Counted from the stretch's first letter, positions 19,901 through 29,767 are shown. The stretch: DNA of 64,000 nt from an uncultured delta proteobacterium (GCA_963778115.1 CAVZSV010000006.1:128001-192000), one strand, 5' to 3'. Made by a program: numbers and translations. Notes: generated from the letters alone by a model not told the origin.

Positions 19901-21265
19901 ATGTATGAAATCTTCGGTGAGGGGAAATGGACCAATGCTCATGGAAAGACCTACGATTTAGCTAACTTTACCTTCATCCTGACTGGGAATGACGGCGAGC
20001 AGCTGTTTGAAAAGCTGCCCAATGACGACTTGCGCGGAGCTGTCTGGGAAAAATACCAAAGTCGGGAGTCGATCAAAGGGATACTAAGAGAGTCTCACAT
20101 TCCCGAAGCTTTCGTGAATCGAATGGACGCTCTAGTCTTGATGCGTCCTTTGGGCGGAAAGGTTAGGGGACGCGTCATTTCCAAGTTCTTAGAGCGTGTA
20201 ACCAAGCAGCTCGAAGAAGCCCATGGAGTGAAGATAGAGTTTGCCGACGGATTTGAGGAAAAGATTTCTCGATCCTTCTTTCCGCTGGGCGATGGAGCTC
20301 GGGGAACGGAGCGATTCACCAAAATCGAACTCACTGCTTTTATCGGGGATTTCATATTGGCTAACTACCAAGCGGTACAAGCGGCAAAAGACCGCAGATT
20401 ACGAGTGGACGTCGAACTTAACTTCCCCGACCGATCTTGGGCGGTGGAAAAGAAAGTAAAACCAAAGGCTAAATTAGTCTTGCAAGCTGCCCTATCGGAT
20501 GCTTCCGGAGGTGTCACGCAATTATCCACGAGTAAGATCGTGGATCCGACCTCTTCCCCTCGAATCACCTTAACCAGTGAAGCGATGCAGACGGCGGTTC
20601 ACGAAGCGGGACACGCGCTCGTCAATGAGCAGCTAGGACTTCCGACAGGAAGCTTACGCTATTTGACTATCGAAGCTGCGGGTAACTATGGCGGTTATGC
20701 GTCCTACCGAGATGAGGATCTTAAGGGAGATAATGACCTCCTACATATTCTTAGAATCATCGCTGTCGCCGGTGCTGGAACCGAAGCTCAACGAGTGGCC
20801 GGACGAGAGAGTCGTGATGCGGGCTGGAAATCTGATCGCGACAAAATAAATTCATTAGCTTATCGAGCCGTGGTGGAATTCGGTCTCATCGACGGACTGG
20901 AATTTATTCCGCCTGACGAGAAGGGCCATCCGGATCCTTCGAAACTAGATCCGCAAGCCCGGACTCGGTTGATGCGGGTGTCGAGAAGCATTGTCAAAGA
21001 AGGAATGAATGTGGCTCGCCAAGTGCTATTGGAGGGGAATGTCCGAGCTCAGACGGAATCAACGGTGAAATTATTGATCGCCAATGGCTCCGTCACGGGT
21101 GATGAATTTCGAGTCGCCATCGGAAATTATCGAATGGCTGATTCCGACGTGGACAAATTGCTAAGACAAGCCGTTTCAAACGTCCTGATGTCGTCCGAAG
21201 ATCCAGACACCGTGGTTGATTGTGGCAGCCACGTCGTAGCCGAAGCAAATACGCAGCGTCCTTAG
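16961..21265 (+). CDS. ClpA/B-like ATPase with three AAA+ modules, HEAT-like N-terminus, signal peptide and C-terminal FtsH-type (M41) zinc peptidase domain
   Basis: Walker A motifs GEAGVGKT, GTTGTGKT and GSTGVGKT; VGREKE, IFMDEIHTL, VIGQDH, IFGQDEAI; TAVHEAGHA and GWKSD; hydrophobic N-terminus ending AVFA. Confidence 0.85.
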   Translation: MGWLGKAARLRVFFIAFFALLHTQNAVFADDAMRKPDGNGLVASRIKEVKNLILELSEEDPRKRTDAASQLAAFPFQEVKDSLLNALEKEVKGVRPNSYMMAACIEGLKSMVGRKDRVALVQISGQISRGDQTWTKRILQKMEELIAASEKAPSGLMLAALPQEEAGKPFLDQLLEAATKGQLDPEIYKVIKTGTETDISHDMAVLANDPRNPTIVGREKEAEQVLKIMVRIKSRIPVLVGEAGVGKTAVAQAISLMIKKGNLPEWFVFSEEFPGNTVVIQTSAARIGRLALSNADSSQAAALELYFDAIKTAQKALKMPILIFMDEIHTLSRGQKDALKPYAEQVDGVRILGATTNREFQLMIGSDNAIRRRLTPVPVHELSEEETLDVLKQGWISQIESRYHVSIPDEVLPSLIHIAPEVLPDLARPDSPIKFIQDLAIDASRGQGKKGESAVVITEGRARDFAASITGIPINPRDPKQLLNYVEDGRKKIKERVIGQDHMVDVMVDTWMDVLTSDATRAWRSVGVIGTTGTGKTLTAEKLGEVFLRNREKVLVVDCTAYSSGPHALNSLIGAPNGIISSDETKGILPEFLSGKGKESGVIILNEFDKAHPDLGKKLMEMIDRGELTGGDGHTYRLRRHLVVFTTNRGANKIFNEKLGHLMSSEELLNRVRKITDAQARSFFTQSDGYAYMDEHRLPPEVVNRVDRWVVAKPITFEDALAIAELKAVRFSEENLELHKLHFSIDKDVLEAITRVAFTPADGARPVEKRVESILSRCRAAAWAVLDKVADAKLRIAFYRDEREGTASILVVDQDNNKTIAQLPFDEPTRFMALRDPKFLDTLMTLEAKIKTEIFGQDEAIAQIAAAVRARANRPLDPTPLSVWLLGSTGVGKTESAKVLAKYLYGSPERAQVLSFGKVNHMYELNDIFGPPRGIIGSESKAIFETILESFPEGCVIVMDEISNMGRGATPSEKDSLFKRMYEIFGEGKWTNAHGKTYDLANFTFILTGNDGEQLFEKLPNDDLRGAVWEKYQSRESIKGILRESHIPEAFVNRMDALVLMRPLGGKVRGRVISKFLERVTKQLEEAHGVKIEFADGFEEKISRSFFPLGDGARGTERFTKIELTAFIGDFILANYQAVQAAKDRRLRVDVELNFPDRSWAVEKKVKPKAKLVLQAALSDASGGVTQLSTSKIVDPTSSPRITLTSEAMQTAVHEAGHALVNEQLGLPTGSLRYLTIEAAGNYGGYASYRDEDLKGDNDLLHILRIIAVAGAGTEAQRVAGRESRDAGWKSDRDKINSLAYRAVVEFGLIDGLEFIPPDEKGHPDPSKLDPQARTRLMRVSRSIVKEGMNVARQVLLEGNVRAQTESTVKLLIANGSVTGDEFRVAIGNYRMADSDVDKLLRQAVSNVLMSSEDPDTVVDCGSHVVAEANTQRP

Positions 21266-21311
21266 GGGTAAGGCCGCTGCCATGGGAACGAAAAAGGGAA
21301 GGGGATAAGTC

Positions 21312-22787
21312 ATGGGGGGATTTCGAAACCAATGGGGGTACGTGTGTGCCCTGCTTGTCACTTGGGCTGTGGTCGCAAGAGCGGATCTGGCCACCGAGCG
21401 AAGGTTGCTGGGGCAACATCTTCGGCCCACGATTACCGAGATTAAAAAGGCGTTTGGCGCACAACCCATCATGTGGACGGGGAGCTCCGTTGCGACCGAT
21501 GCGCAGGCACTAGCGGCGGCTCAAAGTGCCGCGGCCACGGCGAATCAAAACATCTGGTCTGATTTGCCCAGAGTCATCGCCGTCATGGAGCAGTGCTATC
21601 CAGGGGCCACTTGGGCCGCCTTGGGGCGTGACTCGTTTAACCTGTCGGATTTGCTAGATGCCTTTTATCAGTCTTTAGGTCAGCAAAATCGGGTAGTGCG
21701 AATCAATGCGAGTACGTCCACGGTGAACTCGGCCAGCGCGGGGCAACTGGTCCAGATGCTAGAGCATCAAGGCTTGGATTTGGTCAATATTGATTCGCGT
21801 CCGCCCTTTATCCTCTTCGATAACACTTCATTTAGCCACCATCCTCAGAGAATCAGCCAGTCGACTCGGATCGTGAGAGAGGTTTTTCTAAAGTGGCGCC
21901 AAATGGGGAAGCGGGCCGAGGATCTCATTACCAAATTTAATCTCATGACAACACAAGGGGGAGTCGATCCCGATCAAACCGACATTCTTCGTTTCCAGCA
22001 GCAGCAGGAACAGGAAGCAAGAGGCGGCGGAATGTTTCAAAGCATTCTGTCCATGCCCGGGGCGCGAGGCTTCATGTATGGGTCGGAGTGGCACGATCCC
22101 TTTGGTCTTCTCTATCTCGATGCTAATGGTCAACTTAATGGAACTCCCGGACCCATAGCGAAGGAAGCGGCCCGCGCTTCTATCTTAGCCATGTTAATTC
22201 AAACCATTCAGATCATGGAAGATCCTTTGTTCCTAGAAAAGGTGAAACAACAAGCCCTCAAGCTTGGCTACGAGTTCCCCCTGACGCGTTCCGAAAGGAT
22301 ACCTTCAATTTCAGCCGAAGAAAGAGAACGTCTTTACCTAGAGAGCCTCAGGACCTCTTTGGAGGCATTGGCCGACGAACTGCCCGCCAAAGGGGAACAG
22401 ACCAATTATCTTTCGGATAACGGAAAAAAATATTTAGCTTGGCTGGACTCCGCGATGATGGCGAAGCCAAAAAACGCTCTGTGCTTACTTTTTATCCGTA
22501 ATCTCTTCAAAGCCCGCGCTAGTGAAAAGATCGGAGAAAGAGATCTAAGGCGTCTTATCGCGCGAGCCATGGGCAAGATGTCGGTTCCCGACGATACTCT
22601 CCTGCAAAAGCTGCACGAGCTCTACGTCGAAAATAGCCAATTTAGAGAGCTACTGAATCTTCACCGCGGCGTTTTTACGCAAAGCAAACGCAATGATGCT
22701 GCCCAAGTGGGGGCGGTCTTCAAATATTTTGAAGAGGGGTTGAAATGCCACAACATCATCTTGGCTGAGGGGCAAGGAGCCGAGTAG
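21312..22787 (+). CDS. Secreted uncharacterised protein, PRTase-like family paralogue 1
   Basis: Signal peptide ending ARA; YPGATWAALGRDS, LDAFYQSLGQ, PFILFDNTSFS, WHDPFG and YEFPL motifs shared with two paralogues. Confidence 0.75.
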   Translation: MGGFRNQWGYVCALLVTWAVVARADLATERRLLGQHLRPTITEIKKAFGAQPIMWTGSSVATDAQALAAAQSAAATANQNIWSDLPRVIAVMEQCYPGATWAALGRDSFNLSDLLDAFYQSLGQQNRVVRINASTSTVNSASAGQLVQMLEHQGLDLVNIDSRPPFILFDNTSFSHHPQRISQSTRIVREVFLKWRQMGKRAEDLITKFNLMTTQGGVDPDQTDILRFQQQQEQEARGGGMFQSILSMPGARGFMYGSEWHDPFGLLYLDANGQLNGTPGPIAKEAARASILAMLIQTIQIMEDPLFLEKVKQQALKLGYEFPLTRSERIPSISAEERERLYLESLRTSLEALADELPAKGEQTNYLSDNGKKYLAWLDSAMMAKPKNALCLLFIRNLFKARASEKIGERDLRRLIARAMGKMSVPDDTLLQKLHELYVENSQFRELLNLHRGVFTQSKRNDAAQVGAVFKYFEEGLKCHNIILAEGQGAE

Positions 22788-22826
22788 CCAATGAGTGTTA
22801 CCTAAGACAAGGGGTTGGGGGAAAAA

Positions 22827-24488
22827 ATGAGGATGCGAAAACACGTATGGGTGATAGGGCTTGTCCTTTCCTTAGGGCAAGTTGTCTCCTTTGCCGCAAA
22901 CTATGCCGAACTATTGGCGTCTCACACGAGACCCACGATGAAAGTTATCGGTGAGAGCGTTGAAGCCATCGAGAGATTCCATGCCCAAAGGTCCGCGAAC
23001 GTTCCTCCCGCGATGATGCGAAATTTGAATCCGTCGCATCCAATGTACGCTCAAATGATGACGCGTGCGGGGCAAGCCCATCCTTCGCAATTATTAAATC
23101 CGAGAAATGAATCCTTCGAGCCTTATGTGAATCGGTTGATAGACGGCGCTCCTGTGCTTATTGCAGCGATGGAAAAAACGTTTCCTGGAGCCACCTGGGC
23201 TTTCGTGGGTCGGGATTCCCAATTGATCGGGGATATCGTCGAAGCTTTCTACCTGTCGTTGGGACAAGAAGATCGTGTGGTGAGAATCGGTGTCAGCAAG
23301 CCCACTTTTCAGAATGGCGTTTCCGATGATCTGTTAATGAGGTATCTGGCAGATCATGGGCTTGCCTTGGATGAAATAAGAACCGCCCATCCTTTTATTT
23401 TAGTAGACACGATCTCTCAAGGTTACGGAAGGCAAGCACGACAGATGGTTGCGACTGTTTATTCTCATTACCAAGCTAGAGGTTTCAATCCTGCTGCTTT
23501 GTTAAGAAAAGTAAATATTTTTGGTCTTCGAGTAAGCACTTTTAGCGGGGCTGACCATCCGGTGACGTTTGCGGAAGCGTTTCTTCGCGAGCAAGAAGCA
23601 ATTTATTCTGCGGGCCATCGGGCGGATTTCTTTGATCAACATCAGATCTTGGTCTTTCCGGAACCTATACCGCTATTTAATGAATCAGGATACGAACATT
23701 TTACGTTTGCATGGCACGGGCCGTTTGGGCCTTTTCAATCCGTCGAAAATGGGAGGATAGAAACAACACCGGGCACCCTCAGCCAGCCCCCAATTCGAGA
23801 TGCGATTTTGTATCAACAGGCCAAACTGCATCGCGCGGGCTCCTCGGTAAAATTTCTTCAGCAGGTGATTCAAGAAGCAAAAAAAATCGAATATGAATTT
23901 CCTTTGCAGCGTCCCGCATCCTCGCAGCTCGAGCCTGTGTCTTGGGGTGAGCAGATTCCGGATGCACTTAAGGATCTTTTTCGAGAGATGCAGACCAATG
24001 AAACGCATTTAGCGGCAACGGCATTCGATCGCGGGGTGGAGCTGCGTCAGCTCGTTACTGCGATGCCCAAGCCGGAGAAAAATTCGCCATCTCCCATGGA
24101 TCTGACGGAAAATGGAACGACCTTGCTCAATTGGTACCGATCTCAACGAGGAGTCTACGATGCGAACCGCCTGGGACTAGAGGTCTTTAGAGCGGCCAGA
24201 AAAGGCAGAAAAGGGCTTAGGCTTAGAGGGCAGGACTTACGGGCCGTCATCAGAGAGGTCTTTGCGGACGCGTCGCTTTCATTCTCCTTAGTCAATGAGG
24301 TTAAAGACTTCGCCGAGGAGGCTAATGCCTTTGGCGACATGATGCGATTCGACGATTGGATTATAGGCCATCCGGGACACAAGACCTATTTGCAGCTAAA
24401 ACAGATTCTTGAGGCCGGAGAATCGTGCGCGACATTGATCGCATCGCGCTTTGGACTATCTCAAAACGGTCCTAACCTTCTCCAGTGA
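22827..24488 (+). CDS. Secreted uncharacterised protein, PRTase-like family paralogue 2
   Basis: Signal peptide; FPGATWAFVGRDS, VEAFYLSLGQ, PFILVDTISQGYG, WHGPFGPF, YEFPLQR. Confidence 0.75.
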   Translation: MRMRKHVWVIGLVLSLGQVVSFAANYAELLASHTRPTMKVIGESVEAIERFHAQRSANVPPAMMRNLNPSHPMYAQMMTRAGQAHPSQLLNPRNESFEPYVNRLIDGAPVLIAAMEKTFPGATWAFVGRDSQLIGDIVEAFYLSLGQEDRVVRIGVSKPTFQNGVSDDLLMRYLADHGLALDEIRTAHPFILVDTISQGYGRQARQMVATVYSHYQARGFNPAALLRKVNIFGLRVSTFSGADHPVTFAEAFLREQEAIYSAGHRADFFDQHQILVFPEPIPLFNESGYEHFTFAWHGPFGPFQSVENGRIETTPGTLSQPPIRDAILYQQAKLHRAGSSVKFLQQVIQEAKKIEYEFPLQRPASSQLEPVSWGEQIPDALKDLFREMQTNETHLAATAFDRGVELRQLVTAMPKPEKNSPSPMDLTENGTTLLNWYRSQRGVYDANRLGLEVFRAARKGRKGLRLRGQDLRAVIREVFADASLSFSLVNEVKDFAEEANAFGDMMRFDDWIIGHPGHKTYLQLKQILEAGESCATLIASRFGLSQNGPNLLQ

Positions 24489-25133
24489 AACACGGGTCGG
24501 TTCTAGCTCTTCGAGAAGGGCTGCTTTTTCGTCGCTATTGATATTACTATTTTGAAGAGAAAAGATAGCTGACTGCAGATCCTGCATTTTCTGGGTGACT
24601 AGTTTAGCCGCGGAGGGTTTTTGCCTGAAAAAGGAGAGTGTTGCGGTAATATCTGCGCTCTCGATAACCACATCGGCCTGTTCATTAAATAGTTGGTCGG
24701 CAGTTTCTCCGCGAAGAGGCTCACTTAGGGTTCTCCAACGGAGTTGGTCACGCGAGATTTTTCCTTTAGCCCCAATGGTTAAACGCTGCCACTTAAATAG
24801 CCCATTGGTCTCAGCAGTAAGCTCTATCTCTGCTTCATTGGTATCGAATGACTCAAAAAGTTGAGGATGGGAGAGATTGCGGAATGGTTTACCGGCCTCC
24901 GCTACGCTCTGAGTTTTTCCGATCACAATGGTCACGTGGCTATCTGACTTCCAGAGGACGCCTTTAGGGCCAGTGATTTGTAATTCGATGGACTCCGAAT
25001 CGTTATAGCGAGGACTGGGTTTGATGTTGAGATCGGTCAGCGTAATTCCAAGTGTCTCTTTAGTCGGTTCGGCTTGGCCAACAGTCACCAGGCACAAAAA
25101 AAGGCTAAACACGAGTAAACCTAACTTTTTCAA
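24456..25133 (-). CDS. Secreted hypothetical protein (beta-rich domain plus C-terminal coiled coil)
   Basis: TTG 25133 after GGAGG gives the signal peptide MKKLGLLVFSLFLCLVTVGQA. Confidence 0.65.
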   Translation of the reverse strand: MKKLGLLVFSLFLCLVTVGQAEPTKETLGITLTDLNIKPSPRYNDSESIELQITGPKGVLWKSDSHVTIVIGKTQSVAEAGKPFRNLSHPQLFESFDTNEAEIELTAETNGLFKWQRLTIGAKGKISRDQLRWRTLSEPLRGETADQLFNEQADVVIESADITATLSFFRQKPSAAKLVTQKMQDLQSAIFSLQNSNINSDEKAALLEELEPTRVSLEKVRTVLR

Positions 25134-25182
25134 ACGATTACCTCCAGTGAGAGAGGGTTTATACAGAAAATGATTCTCGGGG

Positions 25183-26175
25183 TCAATAACCCGGGCGAAC
25201 AGGGTTATTAGGAGTAGTAGCGGCCAGAACTCCATTCATGAAGTTTAAAGTGGCTCCCAGAACACCGGGGCCAGCGAGACGATCGTTGTCTAAATCGTGA
25301 GCCGCACCGAACTCCTGCAATCGGTAGGTAAGAAAAGGTTTTGGCTCCGACGTTACCCACCTTTTCACCGCACCTACGTTGATATACCGGTCGTAATACT
25401 GTGTGCCCAAAAGGACTTGTCCTGGAACTTCTAATTGGGACGAACTCCCTCGGGCTCTCCAACCATTATATTTGAGGTAGACGGCAAATAGCGGCGTCAG
25501 AAAAGGGCTTCTTGGACTTGGGGCAGTTACGTAGGGAGTTCGATCCCGATGGTTCTCCACCAGCGTCGCTTCGGTGATAATTCCATAATCGCCGATGAGA
25601 AAGGGAGTCGAGATCGCGGGACTTAGCAAAACCACTGCTTTGGGCTCTCGCTCCATTTTAGGAAAACTATGATCCAACTGCCCTTGGACCATTCTCACCG
25701 CCAATAGCGCTCCCGTGGACCATCCTGCTAGCAATAGGGGTCGATCCTTTTCTTCGCGAGTGACGCCTTCGATCCTAAGTGCCAGCTTAGCCAGGCGCCG
25801 GAAAGGAAACCAATCGAGCCGATCTATCCCGTAACTCTCTCCGTGTTGCGGATAATCGAAGGCGATAACTCGATAGCCTGCTTCGACCCACCCGGCAAAG
25901 ATGGCTTTGTGGTTATCGGAACGATCTCCATAGCCGTGTAAAAACAGAATATCGGCTTTGGTGGTGCTGTTGAGGGGAGGCGAGAACACGCGGTAGCGGA
26001 TCTGAAGATAGACTCCGCATTTGAGGAACGCTTCTTTTTGGATAGGATAATTGTCTGCGAGGACCTCGTTAGAGAAGTCATTCGTAGAATCGGGGGGGCC
26101 CTGCGGTTCCCCGGAGAATCCGATGGAAGAAAGCAAAGGGATTACTACCACTAAAAGTAACCGGCTTATCATCAT
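25183..26175 (-). CDS. Secreted alpha/beta hydrolase (lysophospholipase/monoglyceride lipase-like)
   Basis: FLHGYGD, FDYPQHGES, LAGWSTG nucleophile elbow, AAHDL; signal peptide. Confidence 0.85.
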   Translation of the reverse strand: MMISRLLLVVVIPLLSSIGFSGEPQGPPDSTNDFSNEVLADNYPIQKEAFLKCGVYLQIRYRVFSPPLNSTTKADILFLHGYGDRSDNHKAIFAGWVEAGYRVIAFDYPQHGESYGIDRLDWFPFRRLAKLALRIEGVTREEKDRPLLLAGWSTGALLAVRMVQGQLDHSFPKMEREPKAVVLLSPAISTPFLIGDYGIITEATLVENHRDRTPYVTAPSPRSPFLTPLFAVYLKYNGWRARGSSSQLEVPGQVLLGTQYYDRYINVGAVKRWVTSEPKPFLTYRLQEFGAAHDLDNDRLAGPGVLGATLNFMNGVLAATTPNNPVRPGY

Positions 26176-26258
26176 AAGTGACGATGTTATTAGTGATTTT
26201 TTGCCTTGGCGTCAACGTGCTTTACGTTAGTGGCTTATCTACGCCCCAAAGGGAGTCC

Positions 26259-28094
26259 TTACCAGAGCCAGTCTCTATCCCTGTCATCATAACGGCTTGG
26301 CTCATAAACGGGCTTGGGAAAAGCGGTTCGATCATTTCTAGGTACCGGAGCTTGGGCCATTCTTAGGTTTCCAATGCGGCTCCCTAAGCGAGCTTCGATG
26401 TTATCCAAGAGCGGATCCCAATCATCAGCCGTATCTACCAAATGAACCAAACCTCTTAGAGGTTCCGGCAAGGCTCGTCGAAGCTGTTCGACAAGGGGAC
26501 CGTAGTATTGGCTGCTAAGAAATACCAGTTCCGGTGGGTTCTCTTCCTCTCCCTTTGACCTCGCCATGGCAACGAGTGCAGTCGCCATTTCTCTGATGGT
26601 GCCACTTCCGCCGGGAGCAAAGACGATGATCTCTCGGTGATGTAAGAGCAAAGGAATGCGGCTATGGTAACTGTCGGACCCCACGGTTAGCGTCTGCGTT
26701 TTTGACCCGACAATTTTTTCGGAGTCGAGCTGGAATCTGCCGGTGAGCGGGATACCGATAGAATGCGTTCCGCTGTCATAAGCGGCCGTATTGGCCACAA
26801 GCATGTAACCTCCCGAACCACCCGTACTAATAGGGATTCCACGTGCTCCAAGCTTTCTGCCCGATTGATAAACCAGATCCGTGTAGTCGGGGTCGTTTGT
26901 GGAAGATCCAAGGATGACAGCTCCGCCGGGAAGTTCATTCATGGCTCGCTCTCCCTCGGCCAAAAGGGCTGCGGCCGAGAAAATATCGTCGAAGTCCGAA
27001 GCGAAGAGTGAGGATATCGTTTTTTCCAGAGAGAGGTCGAACTTAGCGCCCGTCCACTTATAGTAAGTAGGAACCACAAAGTCGGAGGGCCTCGTCAAAA
27101 GGCTTGGTGAACTTGAAAAGCGTAAGCCCAAATGGCGAGGGATACTGTCTTTCCAGGCCGCGGGCCTAAGAACGAACGAGTCGGATTGGCCCAATACGGT
27201 AACGTGTTTTTCGGAACTCAATATGAGACCCGCTCCGATTATGGATCGCGGACTCATGACCACTCGATCCGGAGCTTCAAATAGCTTCAACCGTAGATAA
27301 GGATTTTGAACGGTCACGGTCCCCGTAGGAGGATCGGCAACTGCCGAAATTCCAATTCCCTGATCTCCCACGAGTGCTCGGATAGACTCCGCTGCCCTGG
27401 AATCCGCGTCATAAAGGATGACCACTTTGGCGTCTATTAGTCTTCTAATGAACTGGGCGTACTGTTCGGAGAACGCCAAATCTTTGAGATTCAGTCGATT
27501 CTGAGGATCTCCAAACAAAACAGAGACGCTGGCGTGATTGCGAACGATGCTTTTTACTCTAGAGAAGTTTAAAAAATCTCGTAGAGCATCGGCTTGTCGT
27601 GAAGGAGTCGAAAGAAGAGTTCTCATCTTCGCCGCCTTTTCCTCAGTATCACTAGGAGAAGAGAATAGACTTGGTTTGTCATCTTTCTTCTTTGGCTTTT
27701 CCTTTTTTTCCTTCCCTTTTTTTGTGGGGCCGACAGCATCCGTCAGCGCGGGCGGATCGGGAAAGGGGGCGCTCCAACTCGACGGGAGGACCGCGGCCGG
27801 CTTCTCCCTAAGGTAATTGTCGTCTTGGAGCTCACCATCATTAGCGTCCCCGACCTCCGACTTTGTGAACTCGTCTTCTTGAACAGGCTCAGTCTTTTTT
27901 GCCTGGTTTTGATTTTTGGGAACCCCCAGAACCTGTCCGACCCACGAGAGAATACTCCATGCACAGTCCCGCTCAGGTTTCTTAGCGGCGGCAGAGAGTG
28001 AGGCTGAGTAAAACGCAACCAGTGCCATGCCGATTATTCCCGCTGACTGAGCCTTTTCAAGACCAAACCTGGACCGTCGCGGAACTGTTTTCAT
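26259..28094 (-). CDS. LOG/SLOG family nucleotide phosphoribohydrolase-like protein with signal peptide and N-terminal extension
   Basis: STGGSGGYM..AN..A, SIGIP and FAPGGSGTIREM (the LOG PGGxGTxxE motif); hydrophobic N-terminus ending LSA. Confidence 0.8.
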   Translation of the reverse strand: MKTVPRRSRFGLEKAQSAGIIGMALVAFYSASLSAAAKKPERDCAWSILSWVGQVLGVPKNQNQAKKTEPVQEDEFTKSEVGDANDGELQDDNYLREKPAAVLPSSWSAPFPDPPALTDAVGPTKKGKEKKEKPKKKDDKPSLFSSPSDTEEKAAKMRTLLSTPSRQADALRDFLNFSRVKSIVRNHASVSVLFGDPQNRLNLKDLAFSEQYAQFIRRLIDAKVVILYDADSRAAESIRALVGDQGIGISAVADPPTGTVTVQNPYLRLKLFEAPDRVVMSPRSIIGAGLILSSEKHVTVLGQSDSFVLRPAAWKDSIPRHLGLRFSSSPSLLTRPSDFVVPTYYKWTGAKFDLSLEKTISSLFASDFDDIFSAAALLAEGERAMNELPGGAVILGSSTNDPDYTDLVYQSGRKLGARGIPISTGGSGGYMLVANTAAYDSGTHSIGIPLTGRFQLDSEKIVGSKTQTLTVGSDSYHSRIPLLLHHREIIVFAPGGSGTIREMATALVAMARSKGEEENPPELVFLSSQYYGPLVEQLRRALPEPLRGLVHLVDTADDWDPLLDNIEARLGSRIGNLRMAQAPVPRNDRTAFPKPVYEPSRYDDRDRDWLW

Positions 28095-28095
28095 G

Positions 28096-29547
28096 CTAAC
28101 CCCTCTGCTCTCGTGCGACGTCAGTTATCTGGTCGGAACACGAACGCGTTCTTATGGCTTCAGCCAACTCTTTTCCTAAGGAGATGACGCGAAATTTTTC
28201 TGACGGCGCGATACCCACGGGATTTGAATCGGTCACGACCAGCATATCGAGATCAGAAGCTTCCAGTGCCTTTTGCGCATTCCCGTTCAAATGGGTCACG
28301 ATTCCGATGACTCGAGCAGCACCTCGAGATTTTAGATGCGTCGCGGCCATCCCCAGTGTCTTGCCCGAGGAGGTTTCGTCGTCGGTCACGGCAACCGTCA
28401 ATCCTTTAAGGGGAAGATCCTCTTCGACACCCAATTCACTGGTGTGAATCGAAGCCTCTCCTGAAGTAACGTCGCGTGATTTATTGATCACTTCCACGGG
28501 AACTCCTAAAATTTCAGCTAAACGATCGGCGTCCTTCTGGAATCCGGCGTCGGGAGAGACGATCAATTGCACACCATTGGCTCGCAAGAAGTCGCAGATC
28601 GTTTTTCTGCCATCGACATGGATGGTTGGGATACTAAAGAATCCCTCGGATTGAGGCGCGTGCGCTCTGACAAAGGCAATACGATCGGTGCCTGCTACTT
28701 CAATAAGATCGGCAATGAGGCGACCCGTGATGGCAACACCTGGTTGATCCTTCTTATCAGAGCGCGCGTACGGTAAGTAAGGAGTGATTAACACCACTCG
28801 ATTGCCGCGACTCTTTAAAAACTGAATTTCCGAAAGCACCCGAAAGAAACTTTCATTCACCGGCACGACGGAAGGGGCCACGAGATAGATGACACTTCCT
28901 ATTGGTGTTTTTTCTCCAAAGGTGGCTATGGGCATTTTCCAGATGGCGGATAGCTCATCGCGTAATTGCGGGTGGAGTTCTCCCATCAGGTAGTGGGTCT
29001 CTCGCGCGGGCTCGATGTAATGATCTTTACCGTCCCTTCGCGGACTAAAATTGAGCTTCTCGCGAATTCCTATCGAGTAGCTGTAATACTGCGCTCCGGC
29101 CGCCTGAAAGTAGGAAGTGAGCTGAGATCGCTTCATCCAATTTTCGCTGGAACTCACCCGAATGGAAGAAGGATGCGCCTGCGATCGGACAGTGACGGAG
29201 TGCGCACCCTCGCTGCGTGCGATTCTAATTTTGATGAGTGCTTCCATTAATTGATCGGGCGTTAAAGCATCTGGAATCCAGATCTCCACATCTTGATCCA
29301 TCGTGGACTGTTGAAGACGGACGAAAGTATTTCCGTTATCGAACTCTTTGGTGTCGGAGCGAAGCCAAAGGCGATCTTGGCCTAACTCGGCGTGAGCTTG
29401 CACCCAATTTTCATTTCCCCGTACTCCCAACACCAGTGTCTTCCCCTGTGCCTTTCCCATTACTTGAGTACAGAGAAGAACCCCCATTCCCCCGATACCC
29501 AAACATAGAAAAGATAGAAATCTCCCCCTGAGAAAATCCCTTCCCAT
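28096..29547 (-). CDS. prs: Ribose-phosphate pyrophosphokinase (PRPP synthetase) homologue with signal-like N-terminus and extra N-terminal module
   Basis: PYLPYARSDKK, HAPQSEGFF, VSPDAG, DDETSSGKT, VTDS; start uncertain (ATG 29547 chosen). Confidence 0.85.
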   Translation of the reverse strand: MGRDFLRGRFLSFLCLGIGGMGVLLCTQVMGKAQGKTLVLGVRGNENWVQAHAELGQDRLWLRSDTKEFDNGNTFVRLQQSTMDQDVEIWIPDALTPDQLMEALIKIRIARSEGAHSVTVRSQAHPSSIRVSSSENWMKRSQLTSYFQAAGAQYYSYSIGIREKLNFSPRRDGKDHYIEPARETHYLMGELHPQLRDELSAIWKMPIATFGEKTPIGSVIYLVAPSVVPVNESFFRVLSEIQFLKSRGNRVVLITPYLPYARSDKKDQPGVAITGRLIADLIEVAGTDRIAFVRAHAPQSEGFFSIPTIHVDGRKTICDFLRANGVQLIVSPDAGFQKDADRLAEILGVPVEVINKSRDVTSGEASIHTSELGVEEDLPLKGLTVAVTDDETSSGKTLGMAATHLKSRGAARVIGIVTHLNGNAQKALEASDLDMLVVTDSNPVGIAPSEKFRVISLGKELAEAIRTRSCSDQITDVAREQRG

Positions 29548-29767
29548 GAAAACCCCCCAAATTTTTCTAACCCATGTGAACTCCCGCGATGATAGGAACC
29601 TCATCACTTCGTGTCAACACAGTGTGCTGTCATAGTGCGTTTTTTTTGAAAAATATTAGATACATCGCGGCATAACTGTTTGCTCATCGCGTTACTTCGA
29701 TTGACTCGATGAGTCTTCTGTGGTGCCCTAGTGTTTTCAAATGGGATTCGTTGGGGGACACGGGGAA

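Noticed and set aside
16961..21265. ClpV/T6SS or canonical clpB assignment
   Set aside because: There are no Clp-N repeats, no clear M-domain and no T6SS genes; the architecture differs.
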